From Rhodothermales bacterium (GTDB lineage Bacteria; Bacteroidota; Rhodothermia; Rhodothermales; VXPQ01): a stretch of 64,000 bases of DNA. The stretch's first letter is position 1. Every line of letters begins with the position of its first letter. A model generated the notes under the pieces. It was not told the origin of the DNA. It did no database searches and saw nothing but the letters and a program-made list of their open reading frames with translations. Shown piece by piece: positions 46,673 through 55,245 of this stretch. The DNA is taken from NCBI GenBank assembly GCA_040904565.1, contig JBBDTI010000075.1:106941-170940 (forward strand). Direction: 5' to 3'. The position numbers and the translations under genes were made by a program.

Positions 46673-48213
46673 CACGTATGCACTGCATCATCCGCCACGT
46701 CCTCGCCGTGTTCCGCAAGCGCCGCGTCGCGCTCCTCGTCCCGTCCGAGCGCGTTACTGACCCTGCGACCGAATGCTTCGTCAGCCCGGTAGAAATGAGG
46801 CAGCTGGCGTTCGACGATTTCCTCTCGGCATCCGCCCAGCGCCGACGCGATGGATGCAGCCAGTCGCTCCTTCTCCCCCTCGTCCATCAGCCGATACAGA
46901 TTGCCGGCCTGCGTGTAATCGTCGTGGCCTTCTCTGGAGTTGTACCGGTCGACGGTCACGTCGCCCAGGTGCCAGGCCGGCTCGGCGAAGCTCGCGTCCG
47001 GGCGTGGAGCACCTTCGACGCTGTTGGGATAATAATTGGGATGACCGGATCCGTCTTCCTGAACGTACATGACTCCGTCGCGCTGGTAGTGGGCCACCGA
47101 TGCCTTCGGCTTGTTGACCGGAAGCTGGCGATAGTTCGTCCCGATGCGATACAGGTGCGTATCCTGATAGCTCATCAGACGCGCCTGCAACATCTTATCC
47201 GGACTCGGCCCGACGCCGGGTACGAACGAACTCGGATTGAAGGCGGCCTGCTCGATGTCCTGGAAGTAGTTCTCGGGATTGCGATTCAACTCGAACCGGC
47301 CCACCTCGATGAGCGGAAAGTCACCGTGCGGCCAGACCTTCGTCAGATCGAACGGATTCCATGGAAAGCCGCGGGCCTCCTCGTCGGTCATTACCTGGAT
47401 ATGCATCGTCCAGCTCGGATAACGACCTTCCTCGATGGCGTAGTAAAGATCCCGCTGGTGACTCTCCCGATCCGACGCAATCACTGCCGCGGCCTCCTCA
47501 TCCGTCAGACAGTCGATGCCCTGGTCCGTTTTCATGTGGAACTTACACCAGATGCGCTCGCCGTCTGCGTTGACGAGCGAATAGGCATGACTCCCGTACC
47601 CGTTCATGTTGCGGTACGTCTTCGGAATGCCCCGGTCGCCGAAGAGCCACGTTACCTGATGGAGGCTTTCCGGGCAGAGGGACCAGAAATCCCACTGCAT
47701 GTTCGGATCGCGCAGGTTCGTCCGCGGATGCCGCTTCTGCGAGTGGATGAACATCTGGAATTTGTAGGGATCACGGACGAAGAACACGGGCGTGTTGTTG
47801 CCCACGAGATCCCAGTTACCCTCCTCCGTGTAGAATTTCAGCGCGAAGCCGCGCGGATCACGCTCTGCGTCGGCCGCACCACGCTCTCCAGCTACGGTCG
47901 AGAACCGGGCCACCATCGGCGTTTCCTTGCCAATCTTCGAAAAGAGGTCGGCCCGCGTGTATCGCGTGATGTCGTTAGTAACGGTAAACGTCCCGAACGC
48001 CCCGCTTCCTTTCGCGTGGACGACACGCTCGGGAATCCGCTCGCGATTGAAATGCTGCATCTGCTCCTGCAGCTGGACGTCCTGCATCAGCAGCGGTCCT
48101 CTCGGACCGGCTGTCAGTGCGTTTTCATTCTCGGGCAGCGGTGCACCGTCCGCCGTGGTCAGGCGGCGCTTCTTCCCGTCGTTTTTCTGGTCGTTCCGGT
48201 CGTCTGAATGCAT
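46672..48213 (-). CDS. katA: Monofunctional haem catalase (small-subunit type)
   Basis: 513-aa ORF with the active-site region [20 protein letters not shown] and the proximal Tyr region [12 protein letters not shown]. Confidence 0.96.
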   Translation of the reverse strand: MHSDDRNDQKNDGKKRRLTTADGAPLPENENALTAGPRGPLLMQDVQLQEQMQHFNRERIPERVVHAKGSGAFGTFTVTNDITRYTRADLFSKIGKETPMVARFSTVAGERGAADAERDPRGFALKFYTEEGNWDLVGNNTPVFFVRDPYKFQMFIHSQKRHPRTNLRDPNMQWDFWSLCPESLHQVTWLFGDRGIPKTYRNMNGYGSHAYSLVNADGERIWCKFHMKTDQGIDCLTDEEAAAVIASDRESHQRDLYYAIEEGRYPSWTMHIQVMTDEEARGFPWNPFDLTKVWPHGDFPLIEVGRFELNRNPENYFQDIEQAAFNPSSFVPGVGPSPDKMLQARLMSYQDTHLYRIGTNYRQLPVNKPKASVAHYQRDGVMYVQEDGSGHPNYYPNSVEGAPRPDASFAEPAWHLGDVTVDRYNSREGHDDYTQAGNLYRLMDEGEKERLAASIASALGGCREEIVERQLPHFYRADEAFGRRVSNALGRDEERDAALAEHGEDVADDAVHT

Positions 48214-48315
48214 CAGCGTTAACTACCTCATCGGAGAAATCCGTTGCGTGAACCATGCGGAAGATGCGGCGGGAGCCGCCCCAACAGTTGAAAACAAGAT
48301 ACATTACTTTGTATG

Positions 48316-48360
48316 ATAGGTAAAATCGATTATATCAATACTAGCATAGTTGATCTCTAT
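48316..48360. promoter_or_regulatory. Candidate OxyR operator / divergent promoter region between katA and oxyR
   Basis: This is an AT-rich island. ATAG-N7-CTAT lies at 48346-48360 and a weaker ATAG-N7-CGAT at 48316-48330. A TATAAT reading toward katA lies at 48334..48329 on the minus strand. Confidence 0.4.
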
Positions 48361-48437
48361 CAGCTCACAGGTACCAACACGTAGGGCATGAGCCGAGACT
48401 GGATGTATACCGCCGCCGCCAACGTATTCGTTCTACG

Positions 48438-49355
48438 ATGACGCTTACGCAACTCACCTACATCGCCGCCCTCGACACGGAGCGGCACTTCGGTCGAGCG
48501 GCTCAACGCTGCCACATATCGCAACCGACGTTGAGCACGCAGATCAGGAAGCTGGAAGAGGAGCTGGGCGTAAACATTTTCGACCGGACGTACACGCCCG
48601 TGCGTCCGACGCCCATAGGTCGTCAGATCCTCGTCCGTGCACGGACCGTGCTCGAAGCCCGTGATGCGATTCCAGCGTTTCTCTCCGAGGCATCCGGCCG
48701 CGTGGAGGGTGAGCTCCGTCTGGGGGTCATCCCCACCCTGGCCGCCTACCTTCTGCCCCTCGTCACGCGTCCGCTGCTGGACGCACATCCCGGGATCGAG
48801 CTCAGCGTTCACGAGCTGACCACCGAGCACATCCTCGACTTTCTGGCGTCCGATCGGCTGGATGCCGGACTCGTTGCTACCGATGAGTCGTCATCCGGCA
48901 TGCGCACGACAGGCGTCTTTCGCGAACCGTTCGTAGCGTACGTTGGACCGGACCATCGCTTCGTCGCCGGCTCGGAGATCAATCCCACGGAGCTGTCGAT
49001 CGACGAAATATGGCTCCTCAGCGAAGGCCACTGTTTTCGAGATCAGGTGTTTCAGGTCTGCGAACAGGACGTTCGTGCAAGCGCAAACCGCACCATACGC
49101 TTCGAAAGCGGGAGCCTGGAAACGCTGTGCCATCTCGTCGACCGCGTCGGGGGGATGACGCTGCTCCCGTATCTTGCGACGCTGTATATGGACGATGCCG
49201 CGGCCCAACGGATCAGGACGTTCGAATCTCCGGCCCCGTTTCGCGACGTGCGTATGATCTCGAGGCAAGGCGCCCTGCGGCGCGCGCTCGTCGATGCCGC
49301 CACCGACGTGATTGCCGGTGTAACGCATCCGCTGATCATGTACGACCAGCCTTGA
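48438..49355 (+). CDS. oxyR: LysR-family hydrogen-peroxide sensor OxyR
   Basis: 305-aa ORF with the LysR HTH (LTYIAALDTERHFGRAAQRCHISQPTLSTQIRKLEEELG). The redox Cys pair is in the OxyR context LLSEGHCFRDQVFQVC. It is divergent from the catalase gene. Confidence 0.88.
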   Translation: MTLTQLTYIAALDTERHFGRAAQRCHISQPTLSTQIRKLEEELGVNIFDRTYTPVRPTPIGRQILVRARTVLEARDAIPAFLSEASGRVEGELRLGVIPTLAAYLLPLVTRPLLDAHPGIELSVHELTTEHILDFLASDRLDAGLVATDESSSGMRTTGVFREPFVAYVGPDHRFVAGSEINPTELSIDEIWLLSEGHCFRDQVFQVCEQDVRASANRTIRFESGSLETLCHLVDRVGGMTLLPYLATLYMDDAAAQRIRTFESPAPFRDVRMISRQGALRRALVDAATDVIAGVTHPLIMYDQP

Positions 49356-49466
49356 TCGAACCCATCCGGCGGATCCCGCTCCTCGCAGCAATTGGCCTCG
49401 CGATCCTGGCGTGAGCACACTCTCGAGACGTCGCTATCCCGGCTTGAGTGCCTTCGGAAAATGCCG

Positions 49467-50591
49467 CTAGGAAGCTGCCTCGTCGTCGATCTGAACGCCG
49501 CGCACCGCTCGTAGGACGAGTACGAATAGCGTGAGCGCCGTAATCGGAATGACGAAATAAAGCATGGTCGAACCAAACATTTGAAGTGCGTCGTGCGAGG
49601 TCGCGGCAAAGATCAGGTACAGCGTATACGCGACGTAATACGCGAGAAGGACGGCTCCCTCCCACCGCGAAATCCGGCCGCCGGTAAAGAACACCGGTAG
49701 GCACGCGAATGCGACGGCGATCATCACGGGCAGGTCGAACGTGATTACGGCCGGCGCGACATCTATACCCCCCGGGGCCAGTGCCGCAGCCACACCCAGC
49801 ACGCCCATCAAATTGAACAGATTACTGCCGACGACGTTGCCGACTGCGATGTCTCGCTCGCCACGCAGACTTGCAATAACGGAGGTCACGACCTCGGGCA
49901 GGGAGGTGCCCGCGGCGATGATGGTCAGCCCGATGACGAGGTCACTGACGCCGAGCAACGTCGCTATCGTGACGGCCCCGTCCACCAGCCAGCGGGAACC
50001 GACGACCAGCATGACCAGCCCCAGGACGACGAGCAGTACGTTCCACCACCACGTGGCCTCCCGGCCGGCGGAAGCCGGCAGCAGCACGGCCGGGGTCTCG
50101 GCGGACGTGTGAGCGCGCCGACCGGTCCACAGGAGAAAACCGATGTAGGCCACGAGCATCCCGAACAGCATCAGTCCATCCACGCGGCCGTACGAGCCAT
50201 CCAGTCCAAGAACGAACACGAGTCCGGATAGCACGATGAGCAACGGCACGTCGAGCCGGATGAGCTGGCGGGAGACCGTAAGCGGGACGATCAGCGCCGT
50301 AACGCCGAGGATGAAGAGGACGTTGAAGATATTGCTCCCGACAACATTCCCGAGGGCGATACTACCCTGTCCGGCATAGACGGCCTCGATGCTCACGGCG
50401 AATTCAGGCGAGCTCGTACCGAACGCCACCACCGTCAAGCCGACCACGAGTGGGGAGATACCGAACGACATGGCCAGCCGCGACGCGCCCCGGACGAGCA
50501 TCTCGGCGCCGACAATGAGCAGGACGATACCTGCCAGCAGCAACACGTAGACCATATAAGCAGCGAATCGCTGAGATCGGAACACAAACAA
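49467..50591 (-). CDS. CaCA-family cation/calcium antiporter (YrbG-like)
   Basis: 374-aa polytopic ORF with two alpha-repeat signatures (GTSSPEF...GNVVGSNIFN and GTSLPEV...GNVVGSNLFN). Confidence 0.87.
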   Translation of the reverse strand: MFVFRSQRFAAYMVYVLLLAGIVLLIVGAEMLVRGASRLAMSFGISPLVVGLTVVAFGTSSPEFAVSIEAVYAGQGSIALGNVVGSNIFNVLFILGVTALIVPLTVSRQLIRLDVPLLIVLSGLVFVLGLDGSYGRVDGLMLFGMLVAYIGFLLWTGRRAHTSAETPAVLLPASAGREATWWWNVLLVVLGLVMLVVGSRWLVDGAVTIATLLGVSDLVIGLTIIAAGTSLPEVVTSVIASLRGERDIAVGNVVGSNLFNLMGVLGVAAALAPGGIDVAPAVITFDLPVMIAVAFACLPVFFTGGRISRWEGAVLLAYYVAYTLYLIFAATSHDALQMFGSTMLYFVIPITALTLFVLVLRAVRGVQIDDEAAS

Positions 50592-50669
50592 GCCCTGGCG
50601 TCACGAAGCGGCCGCCCGTGCTTCCGTTCCAGGAGCAAAGTACTCACGAATCGTCCAACCGACAAGCGG

Positions 50670-51746
50670 TTACGGCTTCGGCGGCATGCACCGTGCAAAT
50701 GTCGCGTTCCCCGTAAGTTCGACGTGCTCCAGGGACGCCGGCAGAAAGAAGCGGGACCAACGGGAGACCGGGACGTCGACTCCGCCGGCGCGGAGCGAAC
50801 CGCTGCCCTCGATGGCGATAAGGATGGAGAACCGCCCATCGCGCGGCAACGTGAATCGGCCGTCCACGTCGACGCGTCGAAGCTCCAGGCGATCTGTTTG
50901 GGGCCTTGCAAGGAGATTGACTTCCCTCCCGCCAGGCGTGCGCGCCACCGTCACCGGCCGGGGTCCAAATCGCTCCTTGACGGAGTCGGACGGATAGGTG
51001 CTATAATCGAACATGTCCAGTACCTGCTCCATCCCGAGTCCCATCGTCCGAGCCGACTCCGGAAGCTCCGTCTCGCCGTGCGCGTATTCGCACCGCACGA
51101 CGTAGTCCGTCGGCTCCTGCACTTCGATCATGGCGATCCCTTCTCCGATCGCGTGCGGCACACCTCCTTCAACGAGCAGCACGTCGCCCTCCCGCACGGT
51201 GATCGGCTCGAAGCACGACCGGATGGCGTCGACGTCCTGCGATTCCACCATCTGCAGCCATTCCGCCGGCGTGGGAGGTTCCTGGAACCCAAGAAATACG
51301 GAGGCCTGCTCGGATCGGGTATGCAGAATCCACCACGCTTCGGTTTTCCCGCTGTCAGCGTCCAGGTGGGACTTCGCCCACGATGCGGAAGGATGCGCCT
51401 GGATGTGCAGCCGCATCGCGGCGTCGAGCAGTTTCACGAGCAGATAGGGCCGTGCGCCGTACGCGGCGACGTGATCGGCGCCGAGCGCCCGCCGCGGATC
51501 CCGCGTATAGAGCTCGTCCATTCGATACACCTTCCCGTCGGCGCCGCATGCCGATCCGATGCCTTCCTCCTCCAGATGCTCTCGGCCGGGATTCACGGCG
51601 CGCGTGGCGGACCCCACCCAGTCTTCCGGAAAAGGGCCGTCAGCCGCTCGGTCCCGACCACTCCACCTGTCCAGCACGGCGCCACCGCGGTAGGTCCGCC
51701 ACACGCGATTCGGTCGGATGATGAACGGCTGGTCGTAATCGATCAT
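50670..51746 (-). CDS. Class I mannose-6-phosphate isomerase-like cupin
   Basis: Motifs KLLDAAMRLHIQAHP, GKTEAWWIL and GGVPHAIGEG are present. The start is taken at MIDYDQP. Confidence 0.72.
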   Translation of the reverse strand: MIDYDQPFIIRPNRVWRTYRGGAVLDRWSGRDRAADGPFPEDWVGSATRAVNPGREHLEEEGIGSACGADGKVYRMDELYTRDPRRALGADHVAAYGARPYLLVKLLDAAMRLHIQAHPSASWAKSHLDADSGKTEAWWILHTRSEQASVFLGFQEPPTPAEWLQMVESQDVDAIRSCFEPITVREGDVLLVEGGVPHAIGEGIAMIEVQEPTDYVVRCEYAHGETELPESARTMGLGMEQVLDMFDYSTYPSDSVKERFGPRPVTVARTPGGREVNLLARPQTDRLELRRVDVDGRFTLPRDGRFSILIAIEGSGSLRAGGVDVPVSRWSRFFLPASLEHVELTGNATFARCMPPKP

Positions 51747-51862
51747 GCGGAATAAGGAGGTTTGTACGACGAAGAACGAGCAGGCACGCGCTCCATCGCC
51801 ATGCACCGAAGTGATGGAGCACGAACATCGTCAAACTGGAAATACTTAAAAGGGTCGTCGAG

Positions 51863-52924
51863 CTATTGAATGGAATCCATCCGTTCGTTCAGCCGCGCGA
51901 GCCGAACGAAAAGTTCCTCCAGTTCCGCGTAATACGCGTCTTCCGTCATCTCCGCCTTACGATTCTTCGTTTCTGCGATGATGCGCTCCAACGTCTCTTT
52001 CTCCTGCAGGAGCGGGCGCGCGGCTGCGCTGACGGAGGCCAGGTCAGGCCGCGGCCTGATGTACGTTATCGAGGCCAGGTTACCGTCTTCGCCGTCGAGC
52101 GCGTCGACGCGGGACCCGGAGCCGTCCGCGTTGTCCTCCAGTTGAGGGTGTTCCGTGGCCAGCTGACCTGACTCCTCATAGTACCGACCCGTACGCTGCG
52201 CGGCGTACGTAAATGCTTCCAGCACGGACAGACCACCGTTCTTATCCAGGTCTGCGTCTGGATTCCGAAGCGCATCCGCGAAGAACCGCGGGAAGATGGT
52301 TTCGTCGCGTTCCGTACCCGATGCGGTAGCCGTGATGACGATGCGCTCCGGAGCGCTCAACGCGGCAGCAAACGGACCGCTCGCACTCGTCGTGTTGACG
52401 AATACGACGCGGCCGGCCGGCACGCCGTCGAGCAGAGCCGCATAGTCGAAGTCGTCCAGATCGCGCCGCGGTATATTCAGTCGTGCGTTGGAGCCGTCGA
52501 ACGATCCGTGACCGTAGAGAATAACGTAAAGATGATCGTCGGCGGTCAACCGATCGGCCAGCTCGGTGAAGTGAGCCCTGATGGCCTCGGCCGTAGAAAC
52601 TCCGTCTACGAACGGCTCGTCGGCGATCGCCTGCTCCGCGAGCACCAGCACGTTAGTCTCTACAAATCCAGCCCGATCGACGAGGGCGGCCCGCGTATCC
52701 CTCAGATATCCGCTGAAGGTCTCGGTATATGCCGGATTACCGCCCAGGCCACCGATCAGGACGGCATGTCGATCGCCCGCTATTCCACCCCCGCTCGCTT
52801 GCGCGCGGGCGTCCGGAGCTCGCCCGGCAACGAGCAGGAGGAGCAGCAGGGCGCATCCACTACGAACGGTCCTGCCGATTCGTCTCCGGTTGCCTTTTCT
52901 ACGATCTCGGGCTTCGCGTTCCAT
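51863..52924 (-). CDS. Secreted legumain (peptidase C13, clan CD)-like protein with Ser at the catalytic Cys position and a C-terminal coiled coil
   Basis: The ATG at 52924 overlaps the upstream TGA (TGATG). A signal peptide CALLLLLLVAGRAPDARAQA is present. The His-Gly motif is LYVILYGHGSFDG, followed 41 residues later by VVFVNTTSASGPF, then VITATASGTERDE. Compare human legumain as remembered: FTDHGSTG, YIEACESGS, YATTAANPRESS. Confidence 0.65.
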   Translation of the reverse strand: MEREARDRRKGNRRRIGRTVRSGCALLLLLLVAGRAPDARAQASGGGIAGDRHAVLIGGLGGNPAYTETFSGYLRDTRAALVDRAGFVETNVLVLAEQAIADEPFVDGVSTAEAIRAHFTELADRLTADDHLYVILYGHGSFDGSNARLNIPRRDLDDFDYAALLDGVPAGRVVFVNTTSASGPFAAALSAPERIVITATASGTERDETIFPRFFADALRNPDADLDKNGGLSVLEAFTYAAQRTGRYYEESGQLATEHPQLEDNADGSGSRVDALDGEDGNLASITYIRPRPDLASVSAAARPLLQEKETLERIIAETKNRKAEMTEDAYYAELEELFVRLARLNERMDSIQ

Positions 52925-55227
52925 CAAGGTAATCCTTTCCGTCTTCTCCAGATCCACTCTACGGAGAGCAGCACGAGGGCCAGGCCGAAGAGAAACGGCA
53001 TGTCCCACAGATACTCCACCGTATAGACGGACGTACTGGTGCGCCGATTTCGAAGGTTCGAGGCCAGCATTCCCGTGTCTTCCGGTTCGTAGTAGACCCC
53101 GCCTGCGACGTCGGCCAGCTGTTCCAGCGACGACCGCTTGAGCACGGCATCGAAATATTCTTTGCCGGACGGTCGTACCAGCATGCTGGTACGTCGCGCC
53201 GGCAGCGAGTCCCCGCCCGCTACGGCCCAGCTGTCGAGCGTGTAGACGCCTTCGACAGATGGCAGCAGGGTAGCGGAATACGAGCCGGCCATCCCAAGAT
53301 CGGGTCGAAACTCGACGTCGGCCTCCGCTCCGAGCGGATCCGTGAACGTACCGCCGACCGCGGCATCGGTCACCGGGAGGTACCGATCGTCAAACACCTG
53401 TACGGTGACGTCGATCTCCTCGCCGGGCGCGAACCGATCGTTCCCGAGATCGACGTCGACCCGATCGGGGGCCGAAGCCGCCAGCCAGCGGACAAACTGC
53501 CGCCAGAAGCGCTCGTGCCGCTGATCGTCCGCTTCGAGCAACATCTGCCAGCGCCAGGTACTCGCCGTGGCGAGGGCGGCGCTCCGCCCTTTCCCGTACC
53601 GCTGCACGACCAGGACGGGCTCGCTCGCACCAAATTCATCGTCGGGCTTTTCAGCGAGGACCGATGCACCGGGCTTGACGGCTCCCAGGTAATTGATACT
53701 CGTGAGGCCCGGCATCTCGGTCCACTGGCGCCGATTCCGGACCGGATCTACGGAAAGGCGCAAGATCGGACTTTCGAGTCCGGCCGCCGTGGGAACGACT
53801 GCAAAACCCTGCTCCTCCGGCGGTGCCCCCTCCTCACCGAAGACAGGTGGAATGACGGTACTCCGGCTCGGATCGAGAGCGACGGGAAGCAGGTCCGCAA
53901 TCGGATTGTCCCAGTACGCGCCTTCCGCGAACGACAGCCGTCCCCCCAGCATGCCGAAGCCCCCGCCGCGCAGCCGAACGAATCGCTCGATCATCGACAG
54001 CTGCTCGAGCGTGAAATGCGATGCCTCCACATCGCCGAAGAGCACGGCATGAAACCCGAAGAGTTCTTCCTCGCTCGTCGGGAATCCACCTGCCAGCTCA
54101 TCCGGATGTCGAATGCCCTGCCGGTAGAACTTGCCCGACCCCGTACGCAGGATCGATGTAAACTGTACGACGGTATCGTCGTCCAGCGCCCGCTTGACGA
54201 ACTTGAATTCCCGCCTCGGATGTCCCTCAATGTAGAGCACGCGCAGGGTATCCTGACGCGGATCGATGAGCACGGTCGTGGAATTGTTTTCGACGTTTCG
54301 CTCGTCGACGGCCGCTTCGAGCCGAATCGAATACTCACGCGCCCCCGTTCCCTCCGGCTCGTACGAAAACGTGTACTGATCGATACGTCCGTCTCCCTTC
54401 AGGGCATAGCGTTCCGTGTGGACGAGCTCGTCGCCCTCGTACAGGTCCACGGACACCGGCTCGGGCTCCTCTCGCCAGGACCGGATCTTCACATCGATCT
54501 CCGCGCCCGTCGTCTCTTCAACGCCTCGACTGACGAGCGCCTCCAGCAGTTCGCGTTCCCCGGCAGACTCCCCACTCCCCAGGCCGATGACGTGCAGGGG
54601 CACGTCACGCTCGCGAAGCGCTTCAGCGCTGTTCAGCGGGACGTCGGTACTGTTATCGGCTCCATCCGTCAGAAGCACCACGCCGGCCAGCGGCAGGCCG
54701 CGAAAATCCGCCAGCACGCGATTCAAGGCGGTAGAAAGGTTCGTCCCATGCCGGTCCGCCGGTACGGAACCGATACTATCGACGCGGTGCGCGTCGTCCC
54801 CGAACGCGTACGCGCGCACCTTAAACACCTCCTCCAGATCGGGCAGGACGGCGCCGGTCCCGTCGTAGAGGATGGAGGCCGCCTCTTCACTTCGTGTGAT
54901 CCCGTCGCGCCCGTCCGGGACGTTCATGCTCTGCGACGCATCGACGAGCACGGCGACGAAGTTTTCATCCGGGACCACGTCCGGCATCACGAGGATGGGT
55001 TCCAGTAGCGGCAGACAGAGCAGCAGCAGCACGAGCGAGCGCAACGAGAAGGAGATCGCACGGTCTCGTCGCGACGCATACCTTTCGGTCGACCGGTAGA
55101 TGAGCACGAGACCGACCGCGAGGACGACCACCGCAGCGGCGAATAACCATGCGGCCGTCCCACTCTGGAGGGCGAGCGTGCCCTCCGAGAAATTGATGCG
55201 GCTGAACTTAAACATTAATTCGAACAT
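52924..55227 (-). CDS. Membrane-anchored vWA protein with a GATase1-like middle/C-terminal region (Bat-operon-like component)
   Basis: 767-aa ORF with two N-terminal TM helices and vWA with MIDAS FVAVLVDASQSM and VVLLTDGADNS. A later region reads RVLYIEGHPRREFKF...VLFGDVE...GGGFGMLGG...ASTWRWQM. The C-terminal TM ends LSVEWIWRRRKG. Confidence 0.75.
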   Translation of the reverse strand: MFELMFKFSRINFSEGTLALQSGTAAWLFAAAVVVLAVGLVLIYRSTERYASRRDRAISFSLRSLVLLLLCLPLLEPILVMPDVVPDENFVAVLVDASQSMNVPDGRDGITRSEEAASILYDGTGAVLPDLEEVFKVRAYAFGDDAHRVDSIGSVPADRHGTNLSTALNRVLADFRGLPLAGVVLLTDGADNSTDVPLNSAEALRERDVPLHVIGLGSGESAGERELLEALVSRGVEETTGAEIDVKIRSWREEPEPVSVDLYEGDELVHTERYALKGDGRIDQYTFSYEPEGTGAREYSIRLEAAVDERNVENNSTTVLIDPRQDTLRVLYIEGHPRREFKFVKRALDDDTVVQFTSILRTGSGKFYRQGIRHPDELAGGFPTSEEELFGFHAVLFGDVEASHFTLEQLSMIERFVRLRGGGFGMLGGRLSFAEGAYWDNPIADLLPVALDPSRSTVIPPVFGEEGAPPEEQGFAVVPTAAGLESPILRLSVDPVRNRRQWTEMPGLTSINYLGAVKPGASVLAEKPDDEFGASEPVLVVQRYGKGRSAALATASTWRWQMLLEADDQRHERFWRQFVRWLAASAPDRVDVDLGNDRFAPGEEIDVTVQVFDDRYLPVTDAAVGGTFTDPLGAEADVEFRPDLGMAGSYSATLLPSVEGVYTLDSWAVAGGDSLPARRTSMLVRPSGKEYFDAVLKRSSLEQLADVAGGVYYEPEDTGMLASNLRNRRTSTSVYTVEYLWDMPFLFGLALVLLSVEWIWRRRKGLP

Positions 55228-55245
55228 CAGGTCACGTCGCCGTCG

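Noticed and set aside
46627-48207. 526-aa plus-strand ORF spanning the whole catalase gene on the opposite strand
   Set aside because: It is Arg/Val/His-rich, has no recognisable motifs and exactly shadows a gene with unmistakable catalase motifs. This is the typical antisense open frame of high-GC DNA.
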